A DNA stretch of 64,000 bases from an uncultured Pelagibacteraceae bacterium (GTDB lineage: Bacteria > Pseudomonadota > Alphaproteobacteria > Pelagibacterales > Pelagibacteraceae), in the NCBI GenBank assembly GCA_902627565.1, contig CACOJM010000007.1, positions 52 to 64,051 of the forward strand, in the 5' to 3' direction. The notes under the pieces are model-generated. The model was not told the origin of the DNA. It saw only the letters and a program-made list of their open reading frames with translations, and ran no database searches. A program made the translations under genes and the position numbers. This document shows, one piece after another, positions 19,581-30,192 of this stretch (positions within the stretch are counted from its first letter, which is position 1; each line of letters begins with the position of its first letter).

Positions 19581-21017
19581 TTAATTATTCCAACCACCTA
19601 CAGCCTTAACTTCTAAAAATTCTTCGAGACCGTGCTCCCCAGCTTCCCTACCAATCCCTGAATGTTTAAATCCACCGAATGGTGCATCAACAGCAATACC
19701 TGCACCATTAACATCTACCATTCCTGATCTTAACTTTCTTGCAACTCTTTTAACTTTATCTTTATCTTGAGTCTGAATGTAATTCGTTAAACCGTAAGGT
19801 GTGTCATTGGCAATTTTAATTGCCTCTTCCTCATTTTCGAAAGGCATTACTGACAAAACTGGTCCAAAAATTTCTGTTCTAGCAATTTCCATATCATTGT
19901 TCACATCTGCAAATACAGTCGGCTTTACGAAATATCCTTTTTGTAAACCTTCAGGTTTGCCTGGACCACCAGCCACTAATTTGGCACCTTCATCAATACC
20001 CTTCTTGATTAAAGTTTGAATTTTATTATACTGAGTTTCAGAAATCACAGGACCAATATGTTCTCCCTCTTTTTTAGGATCACCAACCTCAAAATTTTCT
20101 GTATATTTTTTTAATCTTTTTACAGCTTCATTATACATTGACTTTTCAACAAGCATTCTTGTTGGAGCATTACATGATTGACCTGAGTTTCTAAAACATC
20201 TCAATGCACCCCGCTCTATCGCTTCAGGATCTGCATCTTTAAAAATAATATTAGCACCTTTTCCACCTAGCTCTAAACTTACTCTCTTAAAATCTTTTGC
20301 AGCATTTTGTGAAATAAGAGCTCCAGCACGAGTTGAACCAGTAAATGAAATCATATTGATATCTGGATGACTTGTTAATGCATCACCAGTAGTAGCTCCA
20401 TCTCCATTAATCAAATTAAAAACTCCTGGAGGAAAACCTGTTTCATCAATCAATTCTGCCAAAATCATTGAGGATAAAGGAGCAAGTTCAGATGGTTTTA
20501 AAACCATTGTGCATCCAGATGCTATTGCTGGCATCACTTTTAAACAAACTTGATTCATAGGCCAATTCCAAGGGGTGATTAAAGCGCAAATACCTTTTGG
20601 TTCATAGATAAGTCTTTGATTAGGAGCATGTTCTCCCAATGGTTTTTCAAACTCAAAATTCTTTAAGTACCTAATAAATGATTTTAGGTGAGCCGCGCCA
20701 GTTCCTGCCTGAAGTTTTGTTGCAAAATCTTTTGGGGCTCCCATTTCAGTTGTAATCGCTTCAGCGATATCGGCCCATCTTTTTTTATAATTTTCATAAA
20801 GTTTTTCCAAAAGATTAATTCTCTCTTCCTTTGAAGAAAATGCCCAAGAGGAGTAAGCTTTTTTTGCAGCACTTACAGCATGATTAACATCATCTTTGTT
20901 ACCTAAAGATATAACTGCACAATTTTCTTCTGTAGCAGGATTAATTACTTTAATTTCTTCTTTACTTTTTGGTGTTACCCAATTTCCATCAATATAAAAA
21001 TTTTTTTTATTTTCCAT
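19581..21017 (-). CDS. NAD(P)-dependent aldehyde dehydrogenase
   Basis: ITPWNWP, LKPSE, FTGS, LELGGKG, NSGQSC, EIFGPV, PFGGFKHSG. Confidence 0.93.
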   Translation of the reverse strand: MENKKNFYIDGNWVTPKSKEEIKVINPATEENCAVISLGNKDDVNHAVSAAKKAYSSWAFSSKEERINLLEKLYENYKKRWADIAEAITTEMGAPKDFATKLQAGTGAAHLKSFIRYLKNFEFEKPLGEHAPNQRLIYEPKGICALITPWNWPMNQVCLKVMPAIASGCTMVLKPSELAPLSSMILAELIDETGFPPGVFNLINGDGATTGDALTSHPDINMISFTGSTRAGALISQNAAKDFKRVSLELGGKGANIIFKDADPEAIERGALRCFRNSGQSCNAPTRMLVEKSMYNEAVKRLKKYTENFEVGDPKKEGEHIGPVISETQYNKIQTLIKKGIDEGAKLVAGGPGKPEGLQKGYFVKPTVFADVNNDMEIARTEIFGPVLSVMPFENEEEAIKIANDTPYGLTNYIQTQDKDKVKRVARKLRSGMVDVNGAGIAVDAPFGGFKHSGIGREAGEHGLEEFLEVKAVGGWNN

Positions 21018-21037
21018 ATCAGACTCCTAACCTTTCT

Positions 21038-21997
21038 TTATTTTTTTGCAAACAAATTAGTTAATTCATAAACAATTGTAGCAGCAGCTAAAGAGGTTAC
21101 TTCTGCATGATCATATGCGGGTGACACCTCAACTACATCAGCTGATATCAAATTCATTCCAGATAGACCTCGAATTACATTAACCATTTCTCTTGTAGTC
21201 ATTCCTGCTATTTCTGGTGTGCCTGTTCCAGGTGCAAAAGCTGGATCTAATACGTCTATATCAATAGATAAATATAAAGGGTTGTTGCCAACTCTTTTTC
21301 TAATTCTTTCAGCAATTTTATCTGTGCCCTCTGTTTGAAACTCATCACAATGAATTATCTTAAATCCAAAACTTTCATCATTTTTAATATCATCTCTACT
21401 ATACAAAGGTCCTCTAATACCTACATGCATAGAAGCATTATCTAAAAATAAATTTTCTTCCCTAGCTCGTCTAAAAGGTGTTCCATGAGTATATGGTGCA
21501 CCAAAATAGGTATCCCATGTATCTAAATGTGCATCAAAATGAACTAATGCAACAGGGCCCTTATTAATTTTATTGACTGCTTTTAATAAAGGAAAAGCAA
21601 TTGTGTGGTCTCCACCCAAACTAATTATCCCACCAGTTTTTTTTAGTAAATCAGTTGCTCCATCTTCAATTTGTTTGATGGCCTCATTAATATTAAAAGG
21701 ATTACATGTAATATCTCCAGCATCAGCAACTTGTTGTACTTTAAAAGGCTCTACATCATAGCTTGGATGATAATTTGTTCTTAAATGTCTTGAAGCTTGC
21801 CTTATACTTTGAGGACCAAATCTAGCTCCAGGTCTATAACTTGTTCCAGCATCAAATGGAATTCCTACAATAGCTACATCACAATACTCAACATCTCTTA
21901 ATTCTGGTAATCTTGCAAAAGTGGATGGTCCAGCAAATCTTGGTACCTTAGTTCCACTTACTGGTTGAATAGGTTCTTTACTACTTTTTTTTTTCAT
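21038..21997 (-). CDS. speB: Agmatinase / ureohydrolase
   Basis: GARFGP, LGGDH, HFDAHLD, YLSIDIDVLDPAFAPGTGTPE; start taken at ATG 21997. Confidence 0.85.
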   Translation of the reverse strand: MKKKSSKEPIQPVSGTKVPRFAGPSTFARLPELRDVEYCDVAIVGIPFDAGTSYRPGARFGPQSIRQASRHLRTNYHPSYDVEPFKVQQVADAGDITCNPFNINEAIKQIEDGATDLLKKTGGIISLGGDHTIAFPLLKAVNKINKGPVALVHFDAHLDTWDTYFGAPYTHGTPFRRAREENLFLDNASMHVGIRGPLYSRDDIKNDESFGFKIIHCDEFQTEGTDKIAERIRKRVGNNPLYLSIDIDVLDPAFAPGTGTPEIAGMTTREMVNVIRGLSGMNLISADVVEVSPAYDHAEVTSLAAATIVYELTNLFAKK

Positions 21998-22051
21998 TAT
22001 AAAAAGTCTATCACATTCTAACAATTTGGAATATCTTCAATAATAATAATT

Positions 22052-22774
22052 ATGAAATTATTTAAGTTAATTTTATTGTGTTTATTTTTATTTTCTAATG
22101 CCTATGCAAATACAATTTATGAATTAATAAAAATTCCTCATCTTGAAATTTATAATATTAAAACTGAAAATAAGTTAAGATATTTATATGCCAAACAACC
22201 TTTTACAATTGGTGTAGATAATAATATCAATTGTTTCAATTCACCAAAACGAGACTTAGAAAAAAAATACTTAATTATAGAAAAAAACCTAAGTAGATAT
22301 TCAAAAAATTTTCTAAAAAAAATAAATCTAAAATATATTGTTCTATGTGAAGATTTATCAATTTCAGGAATTGGAACAGCAGGTATTCCAGATAATGTTA
22401 TGAAAACTCTAATTGTAGATATTAAATTTAATGAGAAATATTTTGAAAGAGTACTTCATCATGAAGTATTTCATATTATAAATGACACTTATAAAGAAAT
22501 ATTTAATGAAAAAATCTGGTCATCATTTAATCCCTCAGGATTTAATTATGCTGAGTGTTCTACATGTACAAAAAAAGTTGGTTTGGATACATATTTAAAA
22601 ACTAATGGTTTTATTACAGAATATTCAAGATCTACTGCGTCTGAGGATATGGCTGAAGTATTCTCCCATTTAATGTATGGAGATTTACCAGACGAAATAG
22701 ACCCTATCTTAAAAAAAAAGATAGAGTTTATTAAAAAAGGTATTTCAAAAATTGATAAAAATTTTATTTTATGA
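22052..22774 (+). CDS. Secreted putative zinc metallopeptidase
   Basis: Signal peptide (AYA-N), HHEVFH zincin motif, YS..ASEDMAEVF. Confidence 0.7.
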   Translation: MKLFKLILLCLFLFSNAYANTIYELIKIPHLEIYNIKTENKLRYLYAKQPFTIGVDNNINCFNSPKRDLEKKYLIIEKNLSRYSKNFLKKINLKYIVLCEDLSISGIGTAGIPDNVMKTLIVDIKFNEKYFERVLHHEVFHIINDTYKEIFNEKIWSSFNPSGFNYAECSTCTKKVGLDTYLKTNGFITEYSRSTASEDMAEVFSHLMYGDLPDEIDPILKKKIEFIKKGISKIDKNFIL

Positions 22775-23415
22775 TTGAGAAAATTGAAGCCTCAGCATCG
22801 GAAAAAATTATATTTATTTTTATTATAGTTTTAGGTTTATTTTCTCTAACCTCATTTCTTCTTATAAAAGATAGGTGTTTATTTGTTAAAAACTATGATC
22901 CTGAAAAGATTAAGTTTAAAGATCCAAGTAATATTGCAATTCTCAATGTTGGTTGTGGAAATGTAATTATAGAATTATATCCAGAAATCTCTCCGAAAGG
23001 AGTTGAAAGATTTAAAACTCTTATTGAATCAAAATCATATGATGATGTTGCTTTTCACAGAGTAATTAAAGACAAGCTCGTCCAGGCAGGTGACCTAGAG
23101 TTTGGAAGAAAAGGTAATATTGATTATGGAAAAATTGGAACTGGAAAATCTGGCTTGGGAACAATTAAGTCTGAAATTGAAAAAGAGTTTAACTATTCAA
23201 AAGGAAGTGTGGGTTTAGCTAGAACTCAACAATATGATACAGAGGATAGTCAATTTTTTATCATACTTCAGGATGAGCCATTGTATGAGGGTGAGTTTAC
23301 TCCAATAGGAAAAGTAATTTATGGAATTAAAGTTTTAGAAAAAATAAAATATTTAGATAAGTCTGAATATGTTCTTAGACCTGATTTTATTAATTCATTA
23401 AGGTTGTTTAATTAA
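22771..23415 (+). CDS. Cyclophilin-type peptidyl-prolyl isomerase with N-terminal TM
   Basis: FHRVI, QAGD, GSVGLAR, SQFFI, GKVIYG. Confidence 0.88.
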   Translation: MIEKIEASASEKIIFIFIIVLGLFSLTSFLLIKDRCLFVKNYDPEKIKFKDPSNIAILNVGCGNVIIELYPEISPKGVERFKTLIESKSYDDVAFHRVIKDKLVQAGDLEFGRKGNIDYGKIGTGKSGLGTIKSEIEKEFNYSKGSVGLARTQQYDTEDSQFFIILQDEPLYEGEFTPIGKVIYGIKVLEKIKYLDKSEYVLRPDFINSLRLFN

Positions 23416-25631
23416 CTAAAGGCTTACCTGTCGCGAGTGTGTGTTTAATTCTATCTTGAGTTTGTTTCATTTCAATTAATTTCATAAAGGCATCAAGTTC
23501 TAATTTAAATAAATCATCCTCTAACAAACTTTTATCCATTGTTGTATCTCCACCACTAAGAACATAAGCTAACTCTTTTGCAACAGTCATACCATGATCT
23601 AGAATAACTTTTTCATTGTAAAGTTTATCTAAAATTTTAGTCATCTCTCCAATTACTGCTTTTCCAGGCAAATTAAATTGAAGTTCATTAGGAGCTTTAA
23701 AGTTTTTATTTTCATCTAAAATTTTCTTCGAAACTTCCAATAAACTATTTCTATTCATAATTTTTTTATTTTCAGGTAATAGATATTTCAATGGCTCTGC
23801 TTCAACAGGAGAGGTAGCTGTCCTTCCATAGCCAATAATATCAAAAACTTTTAAAGGTGCATAATTAGGATCTTTTTTTGCTTCTTCTGTATTAAGCCAT
23901 CTTGCTAACATTTCTTTACATCCTCCTCCTGCAGGAATTAAACCAACGATAGTTTCAACAAGTCCAATTACTATATTTGTGTGTGATGCCACAAAATTAC
24001 TTTGAACTAAAACCTCAAACCCACCTCCCAGCGTCAGACCTGATGGTGCAGATACAACTGGATGTTTAGAATATTTTAGATGTTTGCATGTCTCTTGAAA
24101 ATACTTTATGAACTTTTCAATTGATTTAAAATCATTCTTGTCAGCAAATTGCATTGTATAAGTTAAATTTACCCCAGCAGAAAATTGCATACTTTCATTA
24201 ATTATTATCAAAGGTTTATCAGTTGCTTTTTTAAGGGCGTCCATTGAATCATAATCTAAAGCATTAGCTTTAGTCGTAAATTCAACTATATTGTAATCAT
24301 TAAATCTATAGATTGATGCAGAACTATTTCCATCAATACTTGATGCTGTTTTTTTAACCTTACCTAAAGTTTCTATAGAAGTATATTTCTGTCTCACCCC
24401 ATAAAAATTTTCATTTTTTGTTTCAGCTAAATTTTCTAAAAATTTGTTACCTTTAAAATTATCAACTTTCTCAAAAAAGTTTTTTACTCCAATTTCTTCA
24501 AGCATTTCAAAAGGTCCCTTAGCCCAATTAAAGCCAAGTCTCATTGCTTCATCAATGTCATTAAATTCTTTTGTAATTGTAGGAACTAAAGAAGATGCAT
24601 ACTTAATAATTTTTTCTAAAACAGACCAGGCATATTCACCATATTTATCACCTCTATTAATTAGACTCTTTAAATCAACTTTATCTGATTTTATATCAAT
24701 TTTTTTACTTGGAGAATAATCTCCAGTTTGAAGATTTATAGCTTCCATAATTTTTCCATTATCGGTCTTCTTCATTCTGTAAAAGCCACCTTTACCTTTT
24801 CTTCCTGTGTAACCAGTTTCAATTAACTTTTTTACTAATGGGATTTCTTTTGCAACTTCATGAAACTCATCAGACTCTGGTAATTCTTTAATAAAACTTT
24901 TCAAAACATCAGCCATCAAATCAATTCCAATCAGATCATAAAGACCAAAAACTCCTGTTTTTGGAATACCCATTGGTCTTCCAAATATTGCATCTGCCTC
25001 TTCAACGGTAAGCTTCATCTTAAATGCTTCAGTCATTGCTATTTGCATAGCGTACACACCTACTCTGTTTCCTAAAAATCCAGGTGTATCGTTACAAACA
25101 ATTGCTCCTTTACCTAATTCAATTTCACAAAATTCTTTCAATTGATTAATTTTATCTAGATCATTATTTTCATTCTTAACAATTTCTAAAAGACCCATGT
25201 ATCTAACTGGATTAAAAAAATGGGTAATACAAAAATCTTTTTTTTTGTTCTTTATTTAAATTTTGAGATAAAACTTTAATTGGAATTGATGAAGTATTAG
25301 ATGAAACTATTGCGCCTTCTTTCCGACTTTTAAAAATTTTTTCATAAATTTGATGTTTAATATCAATTTTCTCAACAACTGCCTCGACAACCCAATCTGC
25401 TTTCTCAACAACTGAAAAATCATCAGTAATATTTCCAACTTTAATGTTATTAATTTTAGATCTATCAATTAATAATGGTGGTCTTGATTTATGAATTCTT
25501 TCTCTAGCTTTTTCACTTATCTCAGTTTTTAAATCTAGTAATGTAACTGGAATATCTGCATTACAAAGATGTGCAGCAATACCGCTTCCCATTGTACCTG
25601 AGCCAATCACCACTACATTCTTAATCTTCAT
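23408..25631 (-). pseudogene. 3-hydroxyacyl-CoA dehydrogenase/enoyl-CoA hydratase fusion, frameshifted at the 9-nt run 25238-25246
   Basis: GSGTMGSG, VVEAVVE, SNTSS in the first ORF. Removing one A restores EQKKDFCITHFFNPVRYMGLLE and joins the 596-aa ORF (DTPGFLGNR, FSAG, TLGGGFE). Confidence 0.88.
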
Positions 25632-25643
25632 GAAATAATTTTG

Positions 25644-26498
25644 TTATTGATTTATTCCTCTGAGTCTCTCAGATCTTCTTCTCAAAAGCTCAGCTGTAAC
25701 TAATATTAATGTTGATAAAATAATTAAACAAGTTGCCACAGCTAAAATGGTTGGACTCAACTGTTCTCTTAAACCCGTCCACATTTGGATTGGGATGGTC
25801 GTATTTTCTAATCCAGCTAAAAATAAAACTACAACCACTTCATCAAATGAGGTCACGAAAGCAAATAAACCTCCTGATATAACTCCGGGTAAAATTAATG
25901 GTAAAGTAATTTTCATAAATGTATTTACTGGATCACTCCCCAAACTCGCAGCGGCTCTTGTCACACTATGATCAAATCCTGACAAAGTAGCCGTAACTGT
26001 AATTACCACAAAAGGTGTTCCTAAAATAATATGAGCAAGAACAATACCTGTATGAGTTGCTGCTAAACCAGCTTTTGCCATAAAGAAAAATATTGCAACA
26101 CCAGAAATAATCAAAGGTACAATCATTGGAGAAATTAAAACTGCCATTATCAAACCTTTGTAAGGCATATGTCTACTACTCAATCCTAAAGCAGCAACTG
26201 TTCCAAGTATAACGGAACCTATTGTAGCAAAGATTGCTATTATAAAACTATTTTTAGCTGCTAATCCCCATGGATTTTTTGTTCCGTAGATCATGTCTTT
26301 ATACCACCTTAAAGAAAAGGCATCTGGATCTAGACGCTTCATTCCATCAGAAAAACTTAAAAATTCCTCTGCATTAAATGATAATGGAAAGATCACGAAT
26401 AAAGGCGCAATCAGAAAAAAGAAAACTGCACCGCAGATTGTAAGATAAATATAATGCCAAATTCGATAATGTGGTTCGGTATATTTTGGTAAAGCCAT
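25644..26498 (-). CDS. potC: PotC-like ABC permease
   Basis: SPMIVP, EAA-type loop (AAASLGS), FVTSFDEVV. Confidence 0.8.
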   Translation of the reverse strand: MALPKYTEPHYRIWHYIYLTICGAVFFFLIAPLFVIFPLSFNAEEFLSFSDGMKRLDPDAFSLRWYKDMIYGTKNPWGLAAKNSFIIAIFATIGSVILGTVAALGLSSRHMPYKGLIMAVLISPMIVPLIISGVAIFFFMAKAGLAATHTGIVLAHIILGTPFVVITVTATLSGFDHSVTRAAASLGSDPVNTFMKITLPLILPGVISGGLFAFVTSFDEVVVVLFLAGLENTTIPIQMWTGLREQLSPTILAVATCLIILSTLILVTAELLRRRSERLRGINQ

Positions 26499-26503
26499 TT
26501 TAA

Positions 26504-27757
26504 TTATCCTAATTTAATGTTATCTATTCCGACTATTTTGTTATAAAGCCAATAAATCACTAACACTCCACTTAATAACATTAATCCCATTGCGGATGCA
26601 AAACTCCAATCTAGCGTACTTTTCATGTGGAAGGCAATTTGGTTACTTATTAAAGTCCCAGATGCACCACCAACTAAAGCTGGGGTAATATAATAACCAA
26701 TCGCTAAAATAAATACCAATAAACAGCCTGCACCTATTCCAGGAATAGTTAATGGGAAATAAACTTTCCAAAAAGCAACAAAAGGTGTTCCACCTAAAGA
26801 TTTTCCTGCTCTCATTAAGCTAGGTGAAATAGTTTTCATTACACTATAAAGTGGTAGCACCATAAATGGCAGTAAGATTTGAGTCATTGCCACATAACTT
26901 CCTGTTTTGTTATACATCATTTCAGGTCTATTATCGTCTGCAACTAATCCAATCCCAACAAAGAAATCATTAACAATTCCTTGTTGTTGCAACAAAATCA
27001 TCCAACTAGCAGTTCTTACTAGTAATGAAGTCCAAAATGGAAGTAGTACACAGATCATTAGTAAGTTACTATACTTCATTGGTAGAGTAGCTAACAAATG
27101 AGCTATTGGATAAGCCATTAAAAAACAAAAAACTGTTACGAAGAATGCAATCTCTAAAGTTCTTAACCATAACACTCTGTGAATTCTTCTATCTTCCTCA
27201 ACGCTTACTATTTTCCCTTCTTCATTTACGTACATATCCATTCCTTTTAGATACTTTTGACCTGTAAATTCAGGAGCTCTTCTTTGAATTGCTCTCCAAT
27301 ACTCAACATCAGCCCATCGTTTATGCACTGCCATTATTTGTTCTTTATAATTTCCCTCTTCAAATGATTTTGATTTTCTTCTTAATTTTTTAATAATACT
27401 TTTAAAGCCGTTCTTTGTGTAATTTAATTGAGTAGATAGTTTACCTTCTCGTTTATCTTCAACTAGTTTTATAAAGTCCTCATGAAAAGCTGCGAAAACT
27501 TCCTCATCTGGCAACTCTTGTCCATCCCAATTTTCCATTGCTTTAAAAGTTTTTGGAAGCATTTGTGTTACCATTTTATCATCAACACTTCTGAACAACA
27601 TGTCACCTATTGGAAAAACATAAGTGATAATTAAAAAAAATAATAAAGGAGCAACAAGCAAGAAAGCTTTAATTTTATTCTTTTTCTCAGCTTTCTTAAG
27701 ACTTACCTCTAAAGGTATTCCATCTGTTGTTAAAATCTGTTTTGTTTCTGAGCTCAT
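26504..27757 (-). CDS. potB: PotB-like ABC permease
   Basis: LPFWTSLLVR, LPFMVLPLY, IGYYITPALVGG. Confidence 0.8.
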   Translation of the reverse strand: MSSETKQILTTDGIPLEVSLKKAEKKNKIKAFLLVAPLLFFLIITYVFPIGDMLFRSVDDKMVTQMLPKTFKAMENWDGQELPDEEVFAAFHEDFIKLVEDKREGKLSTQLNYTKNGFKSIIKKLRRKSKSFEEGNYKEQIMAVHKRWADVEYWRAIQRRAPEFTGQKYLKGMDMYVNEEGKIVSVEEDRRIHRVLWLRTLEIAFFVTVFCFLMAYPIAHLLATLPMKYSNLLMICVLLPFWTSLLVRTASWMILLQQQGIVNDFFVGIGLVADDNRPEMMYNKTGSYVAMTQILLPFMVLPLYSVMKTISPSLMRAGKSLGGTPFVAFWKVYFPLTIPGIGAGCLLVFILAIGYYITPALVGGASGTLISNQIAFHMKSTLDWSFASAMGLMLLSGVLVIYWLYNKIVGIDNIKLG

Positions 27758-27764
27758 AAATAAA

Positions 27765-27790
27765 AAGGGCGGTTATAAATAACCGCCCTT
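27765..27790 (-). terminator. Intra-operon hairpin/terminator after the substrate-binding gene
   Basis: AAGGGCGGTTAT-aa-ATAACCGCCCTT followed by T residues on the minus strand. Confidence 0.8.
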
Positions 27791-27827
27791 AAATTATAAT
27801 ATATAATTAAGTTTAATAAAACTTAAA

Positions 27828-28955
27828 TTATAGACCAGCTTTCATAGCTTCCCATTTTTCACCAAGCTCTGTGCCGTTATCAGCCCAGAAAATTGGATCT
27901 ACTAGGAAATAGTTTTTTGTGTTAGCTGGTGCAGTTGGCATTTGTGGTACCATATTAGTCTTACCATCTTTATACCAAGGCTCACCTTTTTCCATAATAC
28001 CAATTGAAGATTTTCTCCAAGGAGCATATGCAATATATTTAGCACTTCCTGCTAACATTTCTGAACTAGTCATCATAGCTAAAGCTTTTTTAGCCATACC
28101 ATTAGCATCGTTTGGTCCACCTTTAACTTGTACGAAATATTCGTAGTCAAGACCTTGGCCATCCCAAACTTGTTTGATTGGTGCACCTTCTCCAATTTCA
28201 GCATTGAAGAATCTACCATTCCAACCAGTAGCCATTACTACTTCACCTGATACTAACAGTTCTGGTGGTTGAGCACCTGCAGACCAAAATACACATCCAC
28301 CGTTAGGGTCTGTGCAAAGTTTTTTGATCTTATTCATTGCTCTTTCAACACCTTTTTCTGTTTCTAAAGCTTTATAGATTTTTGCTCCACCTTTTCCTGG
28401 CTTAATACCATCTGCAGCTAAAGCGATCTCTAAATTAGTTAAAGCGCTTTTGTAGATAGCTCTTTTTCCAGGGAATTTCTTTGTGTTGAAGAAATCTTTG
28501 ATAGTCTTTGGAGTACCTTTAACATTATTAGTGTTATAAGCATAGTTCCAAGAATATAAAATATTTCCTACAGCACACTTACTTGGCATTGCAGTAAAGA
28601 AATCTTTACTTGCTGGAGTTCCATCTGGAGCTGGTGGGAAGTCTTTGTCGAAATCAAATTCAACAAATAATCCTTCATCACATCCAGTGATAGTATCCAT
28701 TGCAAACACGTCGATTATATCCCACGTGATTTTCCCAGCTTCTTTTTGTGCTTTGATTTCTGATAAACCACCTGAATAGTCAACCCAAGCAATGTTAATG
28801 CCTAGTTTTTTAGCAGTTGGATCACCATAACCTAACTTTTGAGACTCAGTATAAGCCCCACCCCAAGACACTGCAGTTACTGTTGTTGCAAATGCTGAAG
28901 TAGTCAGTGAAAGTACAAAAGAAATAGCTAGTAATATTTTACTAAGTTTTTTCAT
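27828..28955 (-). CDS. potD: PotD-like ABC substrate-binding protein
   Basis: Signal peptide, SWGGAY, FFNTKKFPGKR, LEIALAADG, WNGR; GGAGG RBS before ATG 28955. Confidence 0.8.
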   Translation of the reverse strand: MKKLSKILLAISFVLSLTTSAFATTVTAVSWGGAYTESQKLGYGDPTAKKLGINIAWVDYSGGLSEIKAQKEAGKITWDIIDVFAMDTITGCDEGLFVEFDFDKDFPPAPDGTPASKDFFTAMPSKCAVGNILYSWNYAYNTNNVKGTPKTIKDFFNTKKFPGKRAIYKSALTNLEIALAADGIKPGKGGAKIYKALETEKGVERAMNKIKKLCTDPNGGCVFWSAGAQPPELLVSGEVVMATGWNGRFFNAEIGEGAPIKQVWDGQGLDYEYFVQVKGGPNDANGMAKKALAMMTSSEMLAGSAKYIAYAPWRKSSIGIMEKGEPWYKDGKTNMVPQMPTAPANTKNYFLVDPIFWADNGTELGEKWEAMKAGL

Positions 28956-29055
28956 TTTTCCTCCGTTTAAACGTTTGTAAAAACAAATTAAAGCAAGTCT
29001 AAGTACTAGAGTCAACAGGCGTTTTTAACTTATATATAGAGTGATTCTGTGACGT

Positions 29056-30141
29056 TTATTTTGGGTCTAAAGCTCTAGCGTCTTCACTATTCCATCCAAT
29101 CTTAATTTCATTTCCAAGTTTAATATCAAGATTTGCCGAACTGTTAGGTACTTTTAAAATAAATTCAGGATTGCCCAATAGATTTATTCGAACTCTAGTA
29201 TGATCCCCATGATAAATTACCTCTTCAATTTTACCATTGTGAATATTGTCCATTTTATCTTTTGGATTAATTAAAGCTCTCTCAGGCCTTAAAGATACTT
29301 TTGTTTTTTCACCTTTAGATTTAACTGAGATTGGGTTTGCCATTATTTCAGCATTGGCAAGTTTTACTTTACACTTTCCATCTGATATATCCGAAACTTC
29401 ACCATTAAAAGTATTGTTCTCACCAATAAACTCTGCCACAAAAGAATTGACTGGTTTTTCATATAATTCATCTGGGCTTGAAAGTTGTTGAACTTTTCCA
29501 TCATTAAATACTGCAATACGATTTGACATTGTTAAAGCTTCACTTTGATCATGAGTTACATAAACAACAGTCACCCCAATACTTTCATGAATATGTTTAA
29601 TTTCATATTGCATGCTCTCTCTTAAATTTTTATCTAAAGCTCCCAATGGTTCATCCATTAGAACTAATTGCGGATCAAATACAAGAGATCTTGCAACTGC
29701 TACCCTTTGTTGTTGTCCTCCAGATAATTGTCCCGGCATCCTTGACGCAAAGCCCTGTAGCGATACCATCGATAATGCTTTATCGATTTTTTTATCAGCT
29801 TCATCTTTTGGAATTTTTCTAACTCTCAAAGGAAAAGCTAAGTTTTCATACACAGTCATATGCGGAAACAAGGCGTAGTTTTGAAATACCATTCCTATTC
29901 CTCTTTTGTGAGGAGGAATACTTGAAATTGCTTTTCCACCTAGATAAATTTCTCCATTCGTTGGAGTTTCAAATCCAGCTAACATCATTAAACAAGTTGT
30001 TTTTCCAGAACCAGATGGTCCTAACATTGTTACAAACTCACCTTCTTCAATATCTAATTGAAGGTTTTTGACAACTAAAACTTTACCGTCATAACTTTTG
30101 TCAACATTCTCAAATTTTACGAAATCTTTTTGTTTAGACAT
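29056..30141 (-). CDS. potA: PotA-like ABC ATPase
   Basis: GPSGSGKTT, VFQNYALFPHM, LSGGQQQR, DEPLGALD, TOBE-like tail. Confidence 0.85.
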   Translation of the reverse strand: MSKQKDFVKFENVDKSYDGKVLVVKNLQLDIEEGEFVTMLGPSGSGKTTCLMMLAGFETPTNGEIYLGGKAISSIPPHKRGIGMVFQNYALFPHMTVYENLAFPLRVRKIPKDEADKKIDKALSMVSLQGFASRMPGQLSGGQQQRVAVARSLVFDPQLVLMDEPLGALDKNLRESMQYEIKHIHESIGVTVVYVTHDQSEALTMSNRIAVFNDGKVQQLSSPDELYEKPVNSFVAEFIGENNTFNGEVSDISDGKCKVKLANAEIMANPISVKSKGEKTKVSLRPERALINPKDKMDNIHNGKIEEVIYHGDHTRVRINLLGNPEFILKVPNSSANLDIKLGNEIKIGWNSEDARALDPK

Positions 30142-30192
30142 AAAATAGATAACTTTAAAACATTTGTGAGTATAAATTTCAACCTTTAATAA

